From positions 1,980,001 through 2,012,000 of the forward strand of contig NC_017080.1 in the NCBI RefSeq assembly GCF_000284115.1: a DNA stretch of 32,000 nucleotides. Direction: 5' to 3'. Position 1 is the first letter of the stretch, and every line of letters starts with the position of its first letter. The notes beneath the pieces are model-generated. The model was not told where the DNA came from. It saw nothing but the letters and a program-made list of their open reading frames with translations, and did not search any database. This document shows positions 21,132-29,365 of the stretch, piece by piece. This DNA is from Phycisphaera mikurensis NBRC 102666. Its GTDB lineage: Bacteria > Planctomycetota > Phycisphaerae > Phycisphaerales > Phycisphaeraceae. Position numbers and translations under genes: made by a program.

Positions 21132-21869
21132 TCAGCTCGGCTTCTGCCCCACGAACATCGACCAGGGGCCGTCGCTTTCGACGGGCTCGGCGTGCAGGCC
21201 GGCGGAGCGGAGGGCGTGCAGCCAGGTGGCGGCGGGGAAGAGGCCGAGCTCGTGGGCGTCGTCGATCGACCGCGTGCCGCCGGCGCCGCGGACGGTGAGG
21301 GAGATCGTCATGCGGACGCGGCGGTCCGCGGTGCGATTGACGCGGGTGGTGTAGGCGGTGCCGTCGTCCGTTTTGTCCCCGGCTTCGCCGGGCTCGAAGG
21401 TTTCGGCGGTGTGGGTGGGAGCGAAGAGGGCGACGCCGCCGGAGCGGAGGAGGGCGGCGGCGGAGCGGGCGGTGGCGAGGAGGTCGGCTTCGGTAAGCAG
21501 GTAGTCGGCGGCGTCGTGGGCGAGGACGGCGTCGAAGGTGCCGGCGTCGGGGAGGCGAACGGTCCGCATGTCGGCGGCGACGGTGCGTAGTCCGGGGGGG
21601 CCGGGGGCGTGGGAGGCGGCGACGGCAAGCATCTCGGGGGAGAGGTCGACGGCGGTGACGTCGTGGCGGCCGCCGCGGGTGCCGCCGGCCGACAGGTGGG
21701 CGAGGGTGCAGCCGCCGCCGGCGCCGAACTCGACAAGCTTCAGGTGGTCGTGACCGAGCCGCTCCGCGAGCAGCCGCTCCAGCTCGGCAGCCTCGGCGGC
21801 GTAATCCTCGGGCGGGGAGAGCGCGGGCCAGAGGTGCGCGAGGTCGGCGTAGAGGCGGGGGGTGGTCAC
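21132..21869 (-). CDS. Class I SAM-dependent methyltransferase with TylM1/DesVI-like architecture (small-molecule type).
   Basis: GTG at 21869 overlaps the upstream stop as GTGA. Motifs: LYADLAHLW...DYAAEAAELERLL, motif I LVEFGAGGGCTLAHL, VDLSPEML, DMRTVRL...FDAVL, LFAPTHTAETFEPG, ELGLFPAATWLHALRSAGL. Confidence 0.7.
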   Translation of the reverse strand: MTTPRLYADLAHLWPALSPPEDYAAEAAELERLLAERLGHDHLKLVEFGAGGGCTLAHLSAGGTRGGRHDVTAVDLSPEMLAVAASHAPGPPGLRTVAADMRTVRLPDAGTFDAVLAHDAADYLLTEADLLATARSAAALLRSGGVALFAPTHTAETFEPGEAGDKTDDGTAYTTRVNRTADRRVRMTISLTVRGAGGTRSIDDAHELGLFPAATWLHALRSAGLHAEPVESDGPWSMFVGQKPS

Positions 21870-22438
21870 TCGGCGTAGAGCTCGGCCAGCGGGAGCTCCA
21901 GCGGGAGGCAGCGGATCGTCGCGACGGCGTCGAGGCCGCGGGAGAAGGCGAGGTTCCAGGTGCCGTCGTCCTGGCGGAGGAAGCTCTGGACGTCGGGCTC
22001 GTGCCGGCTGACGAGGATGTACTCCTCGAAGGTCGGGATCTGGCGGTAGAGGTCGAACTTCTCGCCGCGGTCGTGGGCCTCGGTGCTGTCGCTGAGGACC
22101 TCGATCACCACCCGGGCGTTGGTCACGGCGCGTCCGTCCGCGTCGCCGCCCGCGAATTGCAAGGGGCCGCAGACGACCGTGTTGTCGGGGTGGACGTAGC
22201 GGTCGGCCGCCTCGATGGCGAGGTGCAACTCGCTCGTGAACGCGGAGCAGGGGGTGCCCCGGAGGCCGGCAAAGAGGAGGCCCTGGAGCCGGCTGGCCAA
22301 CCGGGCGTGCCTCGCCGTGCCGCCGCTCATCGCCACGACTTCGCCGGCGCGAAACTCGTATCGGCCCTCCTGCTTTTCCGCGAAGGCGAAGAACTCGGCG
22401 GGGGTCATCCGCGGGAGGTCGGTGCGCTGCGCTTCCAT
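21866..22438 (-). CDS. Uma2 family (DUF820) endonuclease.
   Basis: MTPAEFFAFAEKQEGRYEFRAGEVVAMSGGTARHARL...HPDNTVVCGP...ARVVIEVLSDSTEAHDRGEKFDLYRQIPTFEEYILV is the canonical Uma2 pattern. Confidence 0.85.
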   Translation of the reverse strand: MEAQRTDLPRMTPAEFFAFAEKQEGRYEFRAGEVVAMSGGTARHARLASRLQGLLFAGLRGTPCSAFTSELHLAIEAADRYVHPDNTVVCGPLQFAGGDADGRAVTNARVVIEVLSDSTEAHDRGEKFDLYRQIPTFEEYILVSRHEPDVQSFLRQDDGTWNLAFSRGLDAVATIRCLPLELPLAELYAE

Positions 22439-22447
22439 GGGTGGACC

Positions 22448-23746
22448 CTAATCGGCTTGCACCTCCACCCGGTGGGTGTGCGCTCGCCCGGGTGCGTCGC
22501 CGGGCAGGGGCTCCTGGCGGAGCGTGGCGGACCGGCCGTCTGCGGAGACCGCGTAGCCGGGCGGCCCGCCGGTGAAGGGGTCGTCGGGCACGGGCGGGTC
22601 GACTTCGGCGAGCGTCTCGGGGAAGCGGCCGGCGCGGGCCGCGTGCTCCCGCAGCGCTTCGGCCCCCTGCAGGGCGGCCATCCGGCGGTCGAGGTCGGCC
22701 GCGGCGGCGAGGGCGGGCAGGGGCGAGGCGATTAACGGCAGAAGGAGCCGCTCGGGAAGGCCCGGCCCCGGCACGCGCGGCGGCTGCGCCCGCAGCACGT
22801 GGTACGGCACCAGCGTGTCCGCCCACGCCTCCCCGCGCAGCCGGTCCCACTCCGCCAGCACGCCCTCGATCAGCCGCCGCGCCCGCGGCTGGACGCCGGG
22901 CGGCGCGACCGCCTCGAAAGCCGGCCCGAACGCGGCGAGCGCCGCCTCCGCCGCGGGCGGCAGCGGCGGCAGCGGCTCGTCCGGCTTCTCGGGGTCCGGC
23001 TCGAAGCCGACCGCCAGCGCCAGCACCAACCGGTGAAGCAGCTCGTCCCAGTCGGCGTTCGCCAGCTCCCCGGGAGCGTCCACCGCGTCGCGGGCCTGCT
23101 GGATCAGCGGGTCGTTCAGCGCCGGGCGGGCCAGCTGCGTCCAGGCGGCGGGCAGCACGTCGATCCGCTGGTGCGTGAGGTCGGCGAGGGTGGCGTGGAG
23201 GTGGGGGAGGCCGGGCTCCTCCGCGAGGGCCTCCAGCGCCTGCACCACCCGCTGCTGCACGGCGAGGCCCACGAGCACGCGGGTGAGGCCTTGGGCCTCC
23301 CCCAGGCGGTGGCCCAGCCGCACCGCCGCCCGCAGCGGCGGCGTGGCGGCCGACCAGCCCGCTTCCCGCCCGCGGCGGACGCCCTCGGCGGCGAGCAGGC
23401 GGCCCAGCGTGCGCAGCGGCTCCAGGTCCGGGTCGGGTCGGTCCGCGAGCGGGTCCGCGGGGTGGGCGAAGCCGGTGAGCTCCAGCGCCTCCGCCGCCTC
23501 GTCCAGCGCCCGCGGACCCAGCGGCCCCTCCCCCTCGGGCCGCTCCACCCACGCGTCCACCGCGGCGCGATCCGCGGCCCGGACCCGCTCCAGGGTGGGG
23601 CCCAATGCCGCCGCCGCGTCGCCCTCCCGCAGCTCCCACGGCGGGGTGCGGAGGAGCAGTTCGGGCGGAGCGGCGGCGGCGGGGAGGGCGAGCAGGAGGC
23701 AGAGGAGCGCGAGCCGCACGGGGGAAGGTAGAGGGGAAGGGGGCAT
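22448..23746 (-). CDS. Secreted hypothetical protein.
   Basis: ATG at 23746 starts the signal peptide MPPSPLPSPVRLALLCLLLALPAAAAPPE. The protein is 432 aa, Ala/Leu/Pro-rich and helical. No family recognised. Confidence 0.55.
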   Translation of the reverse strand: MPPSPLPSPVRLALLCLLLALPAAAAPPELLLRTPPWELREGDAAAALGPTLERVRAADRAAVDAWVERPEGEGPLGPRALDEAAEALELTGFAHPADPLADRPDPDLEPLRTLGRLLAAEGVRRGREAGWSAATPPLRAAVRLGHRLGEAQGLTRVLVGLAVQQRVVQALEALAEEPGLPHLHATLADLTHQRIDVLPAAWTQLARPALNDPLIQQARDAVDAPGELANADWDELLHRLVLALAVGFEPDPEKPDEPLPPLPPAAEAALAAFGPAFEAVAPPGVQPRARRLIEGVLAEWDRLRGEAWADTLVPYHVLRAQPPRVPGPGLPERLLLPLIASPLPALAAAADLDRRMAALQGAEALREHAARAGRFPETLAEVDPPVPDDPFTGGPPGYAVSADGRSATLRQEPLPGDAPGRAHTHRVEVQAD

Positions 23747-23760
23747 CCGCTGCGTGGATC

Positions 23761-23974
23761 GAGAGACGGAGAGACGGAGAGACGGAGAGACGGAGGCGGG
23801 CAGTCGCGCCATCGCTCTGCTCGGCGGTCCGGTTTCTCTGGTCGGCGCAGCCGATGCCCCGCCCGTCTTCGTCTCTTCGTCTCTCACCCAGCCACGGCCC
23901 ATCCCGCAGCACCGACCTTCGCGGACGATGCAGCCGCAAGCGGGATCGCCCTCCCCCGCGTCGCTCCGTCTCTC
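23761..23974 (+). repeat. Octamer-array element (family B), copy A.
   Basis: A (GAGACGGA)n array lies at 23761-23797. The conserved core CCGTCTTCGTCTCTTCGTCTCTCACCCAGC...CGCGGACGATGCAGCCGCA...GTCGCTCCGTCTCTC lies at 23863-23974. Confidence 0.75.
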
Positions 23975-23998
23975 GGTCGGCCCAGCCGACGCCCCCCC

Positions 23999-24862
23999 TC
24001 ACACGTCCTCGCGGATCCCGCTCTCCTGCCCGCCGCCGTCGACGTCGTGCTCGATCACGGCTTCCGCGACCGCGGCGGCTTGGTCGTTGATCTCGGTCGC
24101 GGCGTCGCGTGGGGCGTAGCCCAGCAGCTCGCGGGTCTCGGTGATGTCCAGGCGGTTGAAGCGGTTGTTGCCGTTGCCGTGGACGACGGCGAAGCGGAGG
24201 CGGCGGTCCTCGACGCACAGCGCGAGCAGCTCGCAGAGGTCGCGGTCGGAGACGAAGGAGTCCAGCAGCTTCAGCCCGCCGTCGCCCTCCGCCAACTCCC
24301 GCGGCTGGTAGGCGCAGATGCGGACGGCGATCACCGAGAGGCCCTCCTGCTCGGCCATGTAGCGGCCCATCGCCTCGTCGAAGCACTTGCTGACGCCGTA
24401 GAGGTCGCCGGGGTTCACCGGGTCGTCGGCCTGCACCTGCCGGCCGGCGGGGTAGCCGCTCACCGCGTGGATGCTGCTCGCCTGCACGACGCGCTGCATG
24501 CCCGCGCGCTTCGCCGCGACCATCAGGTTGTACGTGCCCTCGATGTTCACCCGCTCCAGCACCGGCCACGTGGCCGAGGGGCTCGGTTCGCCAGCGAGGT
24601 GCACGGCGGCGACGCAGCCGGCGCAGGCGGCGTCGAGCGTCTCGGGCTTGGTGAGGTCGGCCTCGACCACCTCGCCGAAGCGGGAAAGATCCCGCTCCGC
24701 CGCCTCGCTCTCGTGGAAGACCATCAGCCGCAGGTCGAAGCGGTCGCGGTGGAACGCGGCGAAGTCGCCGCCGATCGTGCCGCCCGCGCCGGTCACCAGC
24801 ACCCTGGGGCGGTCGGGCAGCGGGTCCAGGGGCTTGTCGAAGAGGGTGAAGGAGTCGGCCAT
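23999..24862 (-). CDS. NAD-dependent epimerase/dehydratase family protein.
   Basis: ATG at 24862. Motifs: VLVTGAGGTIGG (Rossmann), SSIHAVSGY, and YGVSKCFDE (the YxxxK catalytic motif). 287 aa. Confidence 0.85.
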   Translation of the reverse strand: MADSFTLFDKPLDPLPDRPRVLVTGAGGTIGGDFAAFHRDRFDLRLMVFHESEAAERDLSRFGEVVEADLTKPETLDAACAGCVAAVHLAGEPSPSATWPVLERVNIEGTYNLMVAAKRAGMQRVVQASSIHAVSGYPAGRQVQADDPVNPGDLYGVSKCFDEAMGRYMAEQEGLSVIAVRICAYQPRELAEGDGGLKLLDSFVSDRDLCELLALCVEDRRLRFAVVHGNGNNRFNRLDITETRELLGYAPRDAATEINDQAAAVAEAVIEHDVDGGGQESGIREDV

Positions 24863-24880
24863 GCGGGACGGTAGAGGGCT

Positions 24881-25185
24881 CAGAGAGCAGGAGACGGAGA
24901 GACGGAGAGACGAAGAGACGGGGAGGCGGAGAGACGGAGAGACGGACAGACGGAGAGGCGGAGAGACGGGGAGGCGGGGGGATGGAGAGATGGAGAGATG
25001 GAGAGATGGAGAGATGGGGAGATGGGGAGAGGCAGACGCGGCGGCTGCGCCGACCGCTTCTTTCTCTTGCTCGCCGTCTTCGTCTCTTCGTCTCTCACCC
25101 AGCACCCACCCGGCCCGCGGCCGCGGCCTCCGCGGACGATGCAGCCGCACGCCGCGGCACCCCGTCGCTGCGTCGCTTCGTCTCT
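24881..25185 (+). repeat. Octamer-array element (family B), copy B, with about 19 octamers.
   Basis: 24881-25032 holds about 19 phased 8-nt units (ACGGAGAG x~11, then ATGGAGAG x~6). The core at 25074-25185 is homologous to 23863-23974 and in the same orientation. Confidence 0.8.
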
Positions 25186-25230
25186 AGAAGAAGAAGCCCG
25201 GCCGGAGGCCGATCCTCGTACCTTCCCCCC

Positions 25231-25950
25231 ATGTTCACCGGTCTCATCCAGCACGTCGGCCACGTCCGGTCCGCGGACCGCGACCCCGCGGGGCTCCGAC
25301 TCGTGGTGGTCCGCGGGGGGTGGACGCCCGCCGCCGATCCGGTCCGCGGCGACTCGGTGGCGGTGTCGGGCGTCTGCCTGACGGTGGAGGAGGCGACGCC
25401 GGAGACGCTGACGTTCCGCGTCATCGGCCAGACGCTCGCGGTGACGAAGCTGGGGAGGCTCGGACCCGGCGACCGGGTGAACCTGGAGTGTGCGGTCACC
25501 GCCAGCCAGCCGCTGGGCGGCCACTTCGTGCAGGGCCACGCCGATGGGCTCGGCGAGGTCGCGGCGATCCAGACGGACGCGGGCGATTGGCGCGTGCGGG
25601 TGGACGTGCCCGGCGGCTTCGCCCGGCACCTCGTCGACCGGGGCAGCGTCGCCGTCGATGGCGTCAGCCTCACGCTGGCGGAGGTGCACGACGGACCGGC
25701 TGGCTTTACCGTCTGCCTCATCCCCGAGACGCTGGAGATGACCACGCTCGGGAGCCTCGCCGTCGGCGACCCGGTCCATCTCGAGGCCGACGTGCTGGTG
25801 AAGGCGGTGAACGCCCGCGTCGAGGCGATGCTCGGTGGGCAGAAGCAGGAGCGGCCGGTGACCCGGGGGATGCTGCTGGATGCAGGGTTCGCGTCGTCCG
25901 CAGGTTCCCCGAGCGGAGCGATGAGCGGCGCGGGCCGAGATCGCGGATGA
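25231..25950 (+). CDS. ribE: Riboflavin synthase (alpha chain).
   Basis: MFTGLIQHVGHV...GDSVAVSGVCLTV...LGGHFVQGHADG...GSVAVDGVSLTL shows the duplicated lumazine-binding repeats. Start is ATG 25231. Confidence 0.92.
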   Translation: MFTGLIQHVGHVRSADRDPAGLRLVVVRGGWTPAADPVRGDSVAVSGVCLTVEEATPETLTFRVIGQTLAVTKLGRLGPGDRVNLECAVTASQPLGGHFVQGHADGLGEVAAIQTDAGDWRVRVDVPGGFARHLVDRGSVAVDGVSLTLAEVHDGPAGFTVCLIPETLEMTTLGSLAVGDPVHLEADVLVKAVNARVEAMLGGQKQERPVTRGMLLDAGFASSAGSPSGAMSGAGRDRG

Positions 25951-26010
25951 GCCCCCCCCCCCAGCGGCAACGCTCACGCTCGGGAAACATCTCGCCGTTA
26001 GCGTCCGGGC

Positions 26011-27000
26011 ATGACCGCCACCTACCACGACACCGTGCTCGACGTCTACCGCAAGGCCGCGGAGGCGCCGGCCGAGAGCTTGTGCTGCGTGGCGATGCCG
26101 CCGCAGCACCTGCCCGGGCTGCACATCCCCTCGATCATGCACGAGATGAACTACGGCTGCGGCAGCACCGTGCACTCGGCGGACATGCGGAAGGGCCAGA
26201 AGGTCGCCTACGTGGGCGTCGGCGGCGGCATCGAGGCCCTGCAGCTGGCGTACTACACCCGCTCGCCCGGCGGCGTGATCGCGGTGGACCCGGTCGCGGA
26301 GATGCGCGAGGCGGCTCGGAAGAACCTCGACATCGCGGCCGAGACCAACGACTGGTTCGACCCGTCCTTCGTCGACATCCGCGACGGCGACGCGCTGGAC
26401 CTGCCGCTGGACGACGCCGAGGTGCACCTCGCGGCGCAGAACTGCCTCTTCAACATCTTCAAGAGCTCCCCCGATGCCGCGGGCGGCGGCGATCTGGAGA
26501 AGGCGATGGCGGAGATGCACCGCATCCTCAAGCCCGCCGGCGTGCTGGTCATGAGCGACCCGATCGCGCCGCGGCCGATCCCGCAGCACCTCCGAGAGGA
26601 CGAGCGTCTCCGCGCCGAGTGCCTCTCGGGCTGCCTCTCCTACGAGGACTACGTGCGGTCGATCGTCGACGCCGGCTTCGGCCAGCTGGAGATCCGCTCG
26701 CGGCGGCCGTACCGCCTGCTCGATGCCGCCGGCCACGGCATGGAGGAGGACCTGCTGCTGGAGACGATCGAGGTCGCCGCGTACAAGACCCCCGTGGCGG
26801 AGGACGGCGCGTGCGTCTTCACCGGCCGCACCGCGCTGTGGAGCGGCGAGGGCGAGCGCTTCGACGACGGCCGCGGGCACGTCCTGCAGAAGGGTCTGCC
26901 CCTGCCGGTCTGCGACAAGACCGCCGCCGCGCTGGCGAGCACGCCGGGTGTCACCATCACCGACCCCACCTGGCACTTCGCCGGCGGCGGTTGCTGCTGA
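26011..27000 (+). CDS. arsM: Arsenite S-adenosylmethyltransferase, arsenosugar-cluster type.
   Basis: Cys pair SLCCVAMPP; NYGCGST; SAM motif VAYVGVGGGIEAL; QNCLFNIF; ILKPAGVLVMSD; AECLSGCLSYEDY. It is adjacent to arsS. The C-terminus is GGGCC. Confidence 0.78.
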   Translation: MTATYHDTVLDVYRKAAEAPAESLCCVAMPPQHLPGLHIPSIMHEMNYGCGSTVHSADMRKGQKVAYVGVGGGIEALQLAYYTRSPGGVIAVDPVAEMREAARKNLDIAAETNDWFDPSFVDIRDGDALDLPLDDAEVHLAAQNCLFNIFKSSPDAAGGGDLEKAMAEMHRILKPAGVLVMSDPIAPRPIPQHLREDERLRAECLSGCLSYEDYVRSIVDAGFGQLEIRSRRPYRLLDAAGHGMEEDLLLETIEVAAYKTPVAEDGACVFTGRTALWSGEGERFDDGRGHVLQKGLPLPVCDKTAAALASTPGVTITDPTWHFAGGGCC

Positions 27001-27031
27001 AGCGGAAGCCGATGCGAGGCTGAGCCGGTGC

Positions 27032-27309
27032 GGGCAGCGCTACGCTGAACCACGGAGAGGGAAGAGACCGAAGAAGACACAGCCGGAAGCAAGAATGGGA
27101 AGGGCCTCAGGTCAGCGAGATCCGCGGATCGTCGGCCCGCTCGCCGAATCTCCTCGACGGCCCGCCGATCGGTCCTCTGGCGGGCGGGCGGGGCGCTTCT
27201 GGGCGCCAGTGCGAGGACCGCAAGCTGCCGGTGCTCCTGCTCCTGCTCCTCGCTGCTCTGTGTGCTCTTCCCTTTCTTCTCTCTCTGTGATTCAGCGAAG
27301 CGCTGCCCC
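27032..27309. mobile_element. MITE-like nonautonomous element (family A) inserted between arsM and arsS.
   Basis: Terminal inverted repeats are GGGCAGCGCTACGCTGAACCACGGAGAGG (27032-27060) and, read as reverse complement, GGGGCAGCGCTTCGCTGAATCACAGAGAG (27281-27309). Subterminal purine-rich and pyrimidine-rich octamer tracts are present. The termini match the element at 4267. Confidence 0.7.
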
Positions 27310-27351
27310 AACGGCGTCCGATCCTCCAGAGACCACCCGCAAGCACGACCG

Positions 27352-28356
27352 ATGACCGCCACCGACACCCGGCTCCCCGTGGTCTCCGCCGATGCATTCG
27401 CGCGGAGGTTCGAGGAGCCGCTGCACGCGGTGGGCATCACCGCGGTGCAGATCAACATCGGGCTCCGCTGCAACCTCGCGTGCGCCCACTGCCACGTCGA
27501 CTCGTCGCCCCAGCGGCGCGGCGACGAAGACAACATGTCGGAGGAGACGGCGGACCGGATCCTCGCGTGGATCCTCGACCACCCGCAGATCGACACCGTC
27601 GACCTCACCGGCGGCAGCCCGGAGATGAACCCCAACTTCCGGCGGATGGTCGTGGCGTTCAAGCGCCGCGGCATGCGGGTGATCGACCGCTTCAACCCGA
27701 CGATCTACGGCCACGTCGACAGAGACGGCACCGACTACAAGTGGATCCCCGGCTTTCTCGCCGAGCACAGAGTCGAGGTCTCAGCCTCGCTGCCCTGCTA
27801 CACCGCCGACAACGTGAACGAGCAGCGCGGCAGAGGCGCCTTCGACGCCAGCATCGAGGGCTTGCTCGCGCTCAACGCCGTGGGTTACGGCCGCGACCCG
27901 GAGCTGGAGCTGAACCTGGTCTACAACCCCGTCGGCCCGAGCCTGCCGCCGCCGCAGGCCTCGCTGGAGCAGGACTACAAGCGTGAGCTGCGCGAGCGCT
28001 TCGGCATCGAGTTCACGCGGCTGTGGACGATCACCAACATGCCGATCAAGCGCTTCCGGCGGCAGCTGGAGCGCAACAGCAAGCTGGAGCCCTACATGGA
28101 CAAGCTCGTCCACGCCTTCAACCGCGACACACTCGGGGAGCTGATGTGCCAGCACCAGATCCACGTCGACAGCCAGGGCAACCTCTCCGACTGCGACTTC
28201 AACTTCGCGCTGGGGATGCCGACCTCGCTGGGCCGCGGAACGAAGCTCTGGGACCTGACGGCCGAGAACCTCGACGACCGCCGCGTGGTGACGGCGGATC
28301 ACTGCTACGGCTGCACCGCGGGCTCGGGCTCTTCGTGCACCGGCTCGCTGACGTAG
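27352..28356 (+). CDS. arsS: Arsenosugar biosynthesis radical SAM protein ArsS (radical SAM / Cys-rich family).
   Basis: CNLACAHCH (CxxxCxxC); DLTGGSPEMNP; NLVYNP; TITNMPIKRF; Cys-rich tail DCDFNF...HCYGCTAGSGSSCTGSL. Start ATG 27352; the tracked ORF start lies inside the MITE. Confidence 0.85.
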   Translation: MTATDTRLPVVSADAFARRFEEPLHAVGITAVQINIGLRCNLACAHCHVDSSPQRRGDEDNMSEETADRILAWILDHPQIDTVDLTGGSPEMNPNFRRMVVAFKRRGMRVIDRFNPTIYGHVDRDGTDYKWIPGFLAEHRVEVSASLPCYTADNVNEQRGRGAFDASIEGLLALNAVGYGRDPELELNLVYNPVGPSLPPPQASLEQDYKRELRERFGIEFTRLWTITNMPIKRFRRQLERNSKLEPYMDKLVHAFNRDTLGELMCQHQIHVDSQGNLSDCDFNFALGMPTSLGRGTKLWDLTAENLDDRRVVTADHCYGCTAGSGSSCTGSLT

Positions 28357-28516
28357 CTCCGGGCGGAACATCCCGCTCGCCGCGGACCGCGTAAGAATCC
28401 TGCGCTCGCGGACGACTCATCCGGGGGCGGAGGGCCCGCGTACCCCTGTGGGTCCGGCCTGCCCGCCCGCCGCCGCTGCGGCCATGCTCCCCGTCCTCCC
28501 GATCCGACCCCGCTTG

Positions 28517-29365
28517 ATGATGCCAGCCCCGCCCCGAACCCGCACCCGATCCGCCTTCACGCTCATCGAGCTCCTGGTGGTGATCTCCGTCATCGCCCTG
28601 CTCGTGGGGATCCTGCTGCCGGCGCTGGGCGCCGCCCGCGGGGCGGCGCAGGTCTCCGCCTGCCTGAGCAACAGCCGGCAGCTGGCGCTGGCGACCAACA
28701 GCTACCTCGCCGACTTCAAGGACGTCACGCCGAACGCGGCGTACAACAACAAGGCCGGCCTGTCGCCGAAGGGCCAGGGGGCCGCGCCCGGGACGCTGAT
28801 CGGGACCGGCCCCAACCGGGTCATCCCCAGCATCGGCGAGGCGTTGTCGCCCTACCTCTCCGACATCCAGCCCGGGCAGTTCTGGGCCTGCCCGGCGGCC
28901 GATGGCGTGGCCGACAACGCCTTCGCCATCGAAGGTTCAGATCCTTACTCCGGCTTCGCGGCGGACGATCTGTTCGTGCCGAACTACTTCTACATGCAGA
29001 CCTACGCCTGGATCGACATCCCGGCGAACAGCAGCTGGTTCCCGCAGGTCTGGAGCACCCGCAACGCGGCCAACGTCGACCTCGGGAAGATCAACGTGGC
29101 GCCCACGGAGCTGGTTCTCTTTGTGGAGGAGAGCACCAGCCACCACAGCGGCTCGGAGGACATCTACACCCGGGCCGCCGCGGGCAGGAAGGCGACCGAC
29201 ACGTCCAACTTTGCTTTTGCCGACGGGCACGCGGCCACGCAGCGTTTCGACGACCTGGACGGGTACCTCCGATCGCTCCACGGCAAGGTCGTCCAGACCC
29301 AGCCGGCGGGGCAGTGGACGAGCAAGCCCGCGTGGACCTCGCCGCTGAACTTCGACAAACCGTGA
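28517..29365 (+). CDS. Prepilin-type N-terminal cleavage/methylation domain protein (DUF1559-like pseudopilin).
   Basis: MMPAPPRTRTRSAFTLIELLVVISVIALLVGILLPALGAARGAA, and a C-terminal NFAFADGHA motif typical of planctomycetal DUF1559 proteins. Confidence 0.85.
   Translation: MMPAPPRTRTRSAFTLIELLVVISVIALLVGILLPALGAARGAAQVSACLSNSRQLALATNSYLADFKDVTPNAAYNNKAGLSPKGQGAAPGTLIGTGPNRVIPSIGEALSPYLSDIQPGQFWACPAADGVADNAFAIEGSDPYSGFAADDLFVPNYFYMQTYAWIDIPANSSWFPQVWSTRNAANVDLGKINVAPTELVLFVEESTSHHSGSEDIYTRAAAGRKATDTSNFAFADGHAATQRFDDLDGYLRSLHGKVVQTQPAGQWTSKPAWTSPLNFDKP

Noticed and set aside
21132-24569. The 1145-aa minus-strand ORF.
   Set aside because: It is a read-through of low-complexity Arg/Pro/Gly sequence across three real genes in other frames and across repeat elements. 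Only its last 245 codons (the methyltransferase) are credible.
25033-25230. An FMN riboswitch upstream of ribE.
   Set aside because: No sequence resembling the conserved FMN-element core could be found. The leader is occupied by the octamer-array element instead.
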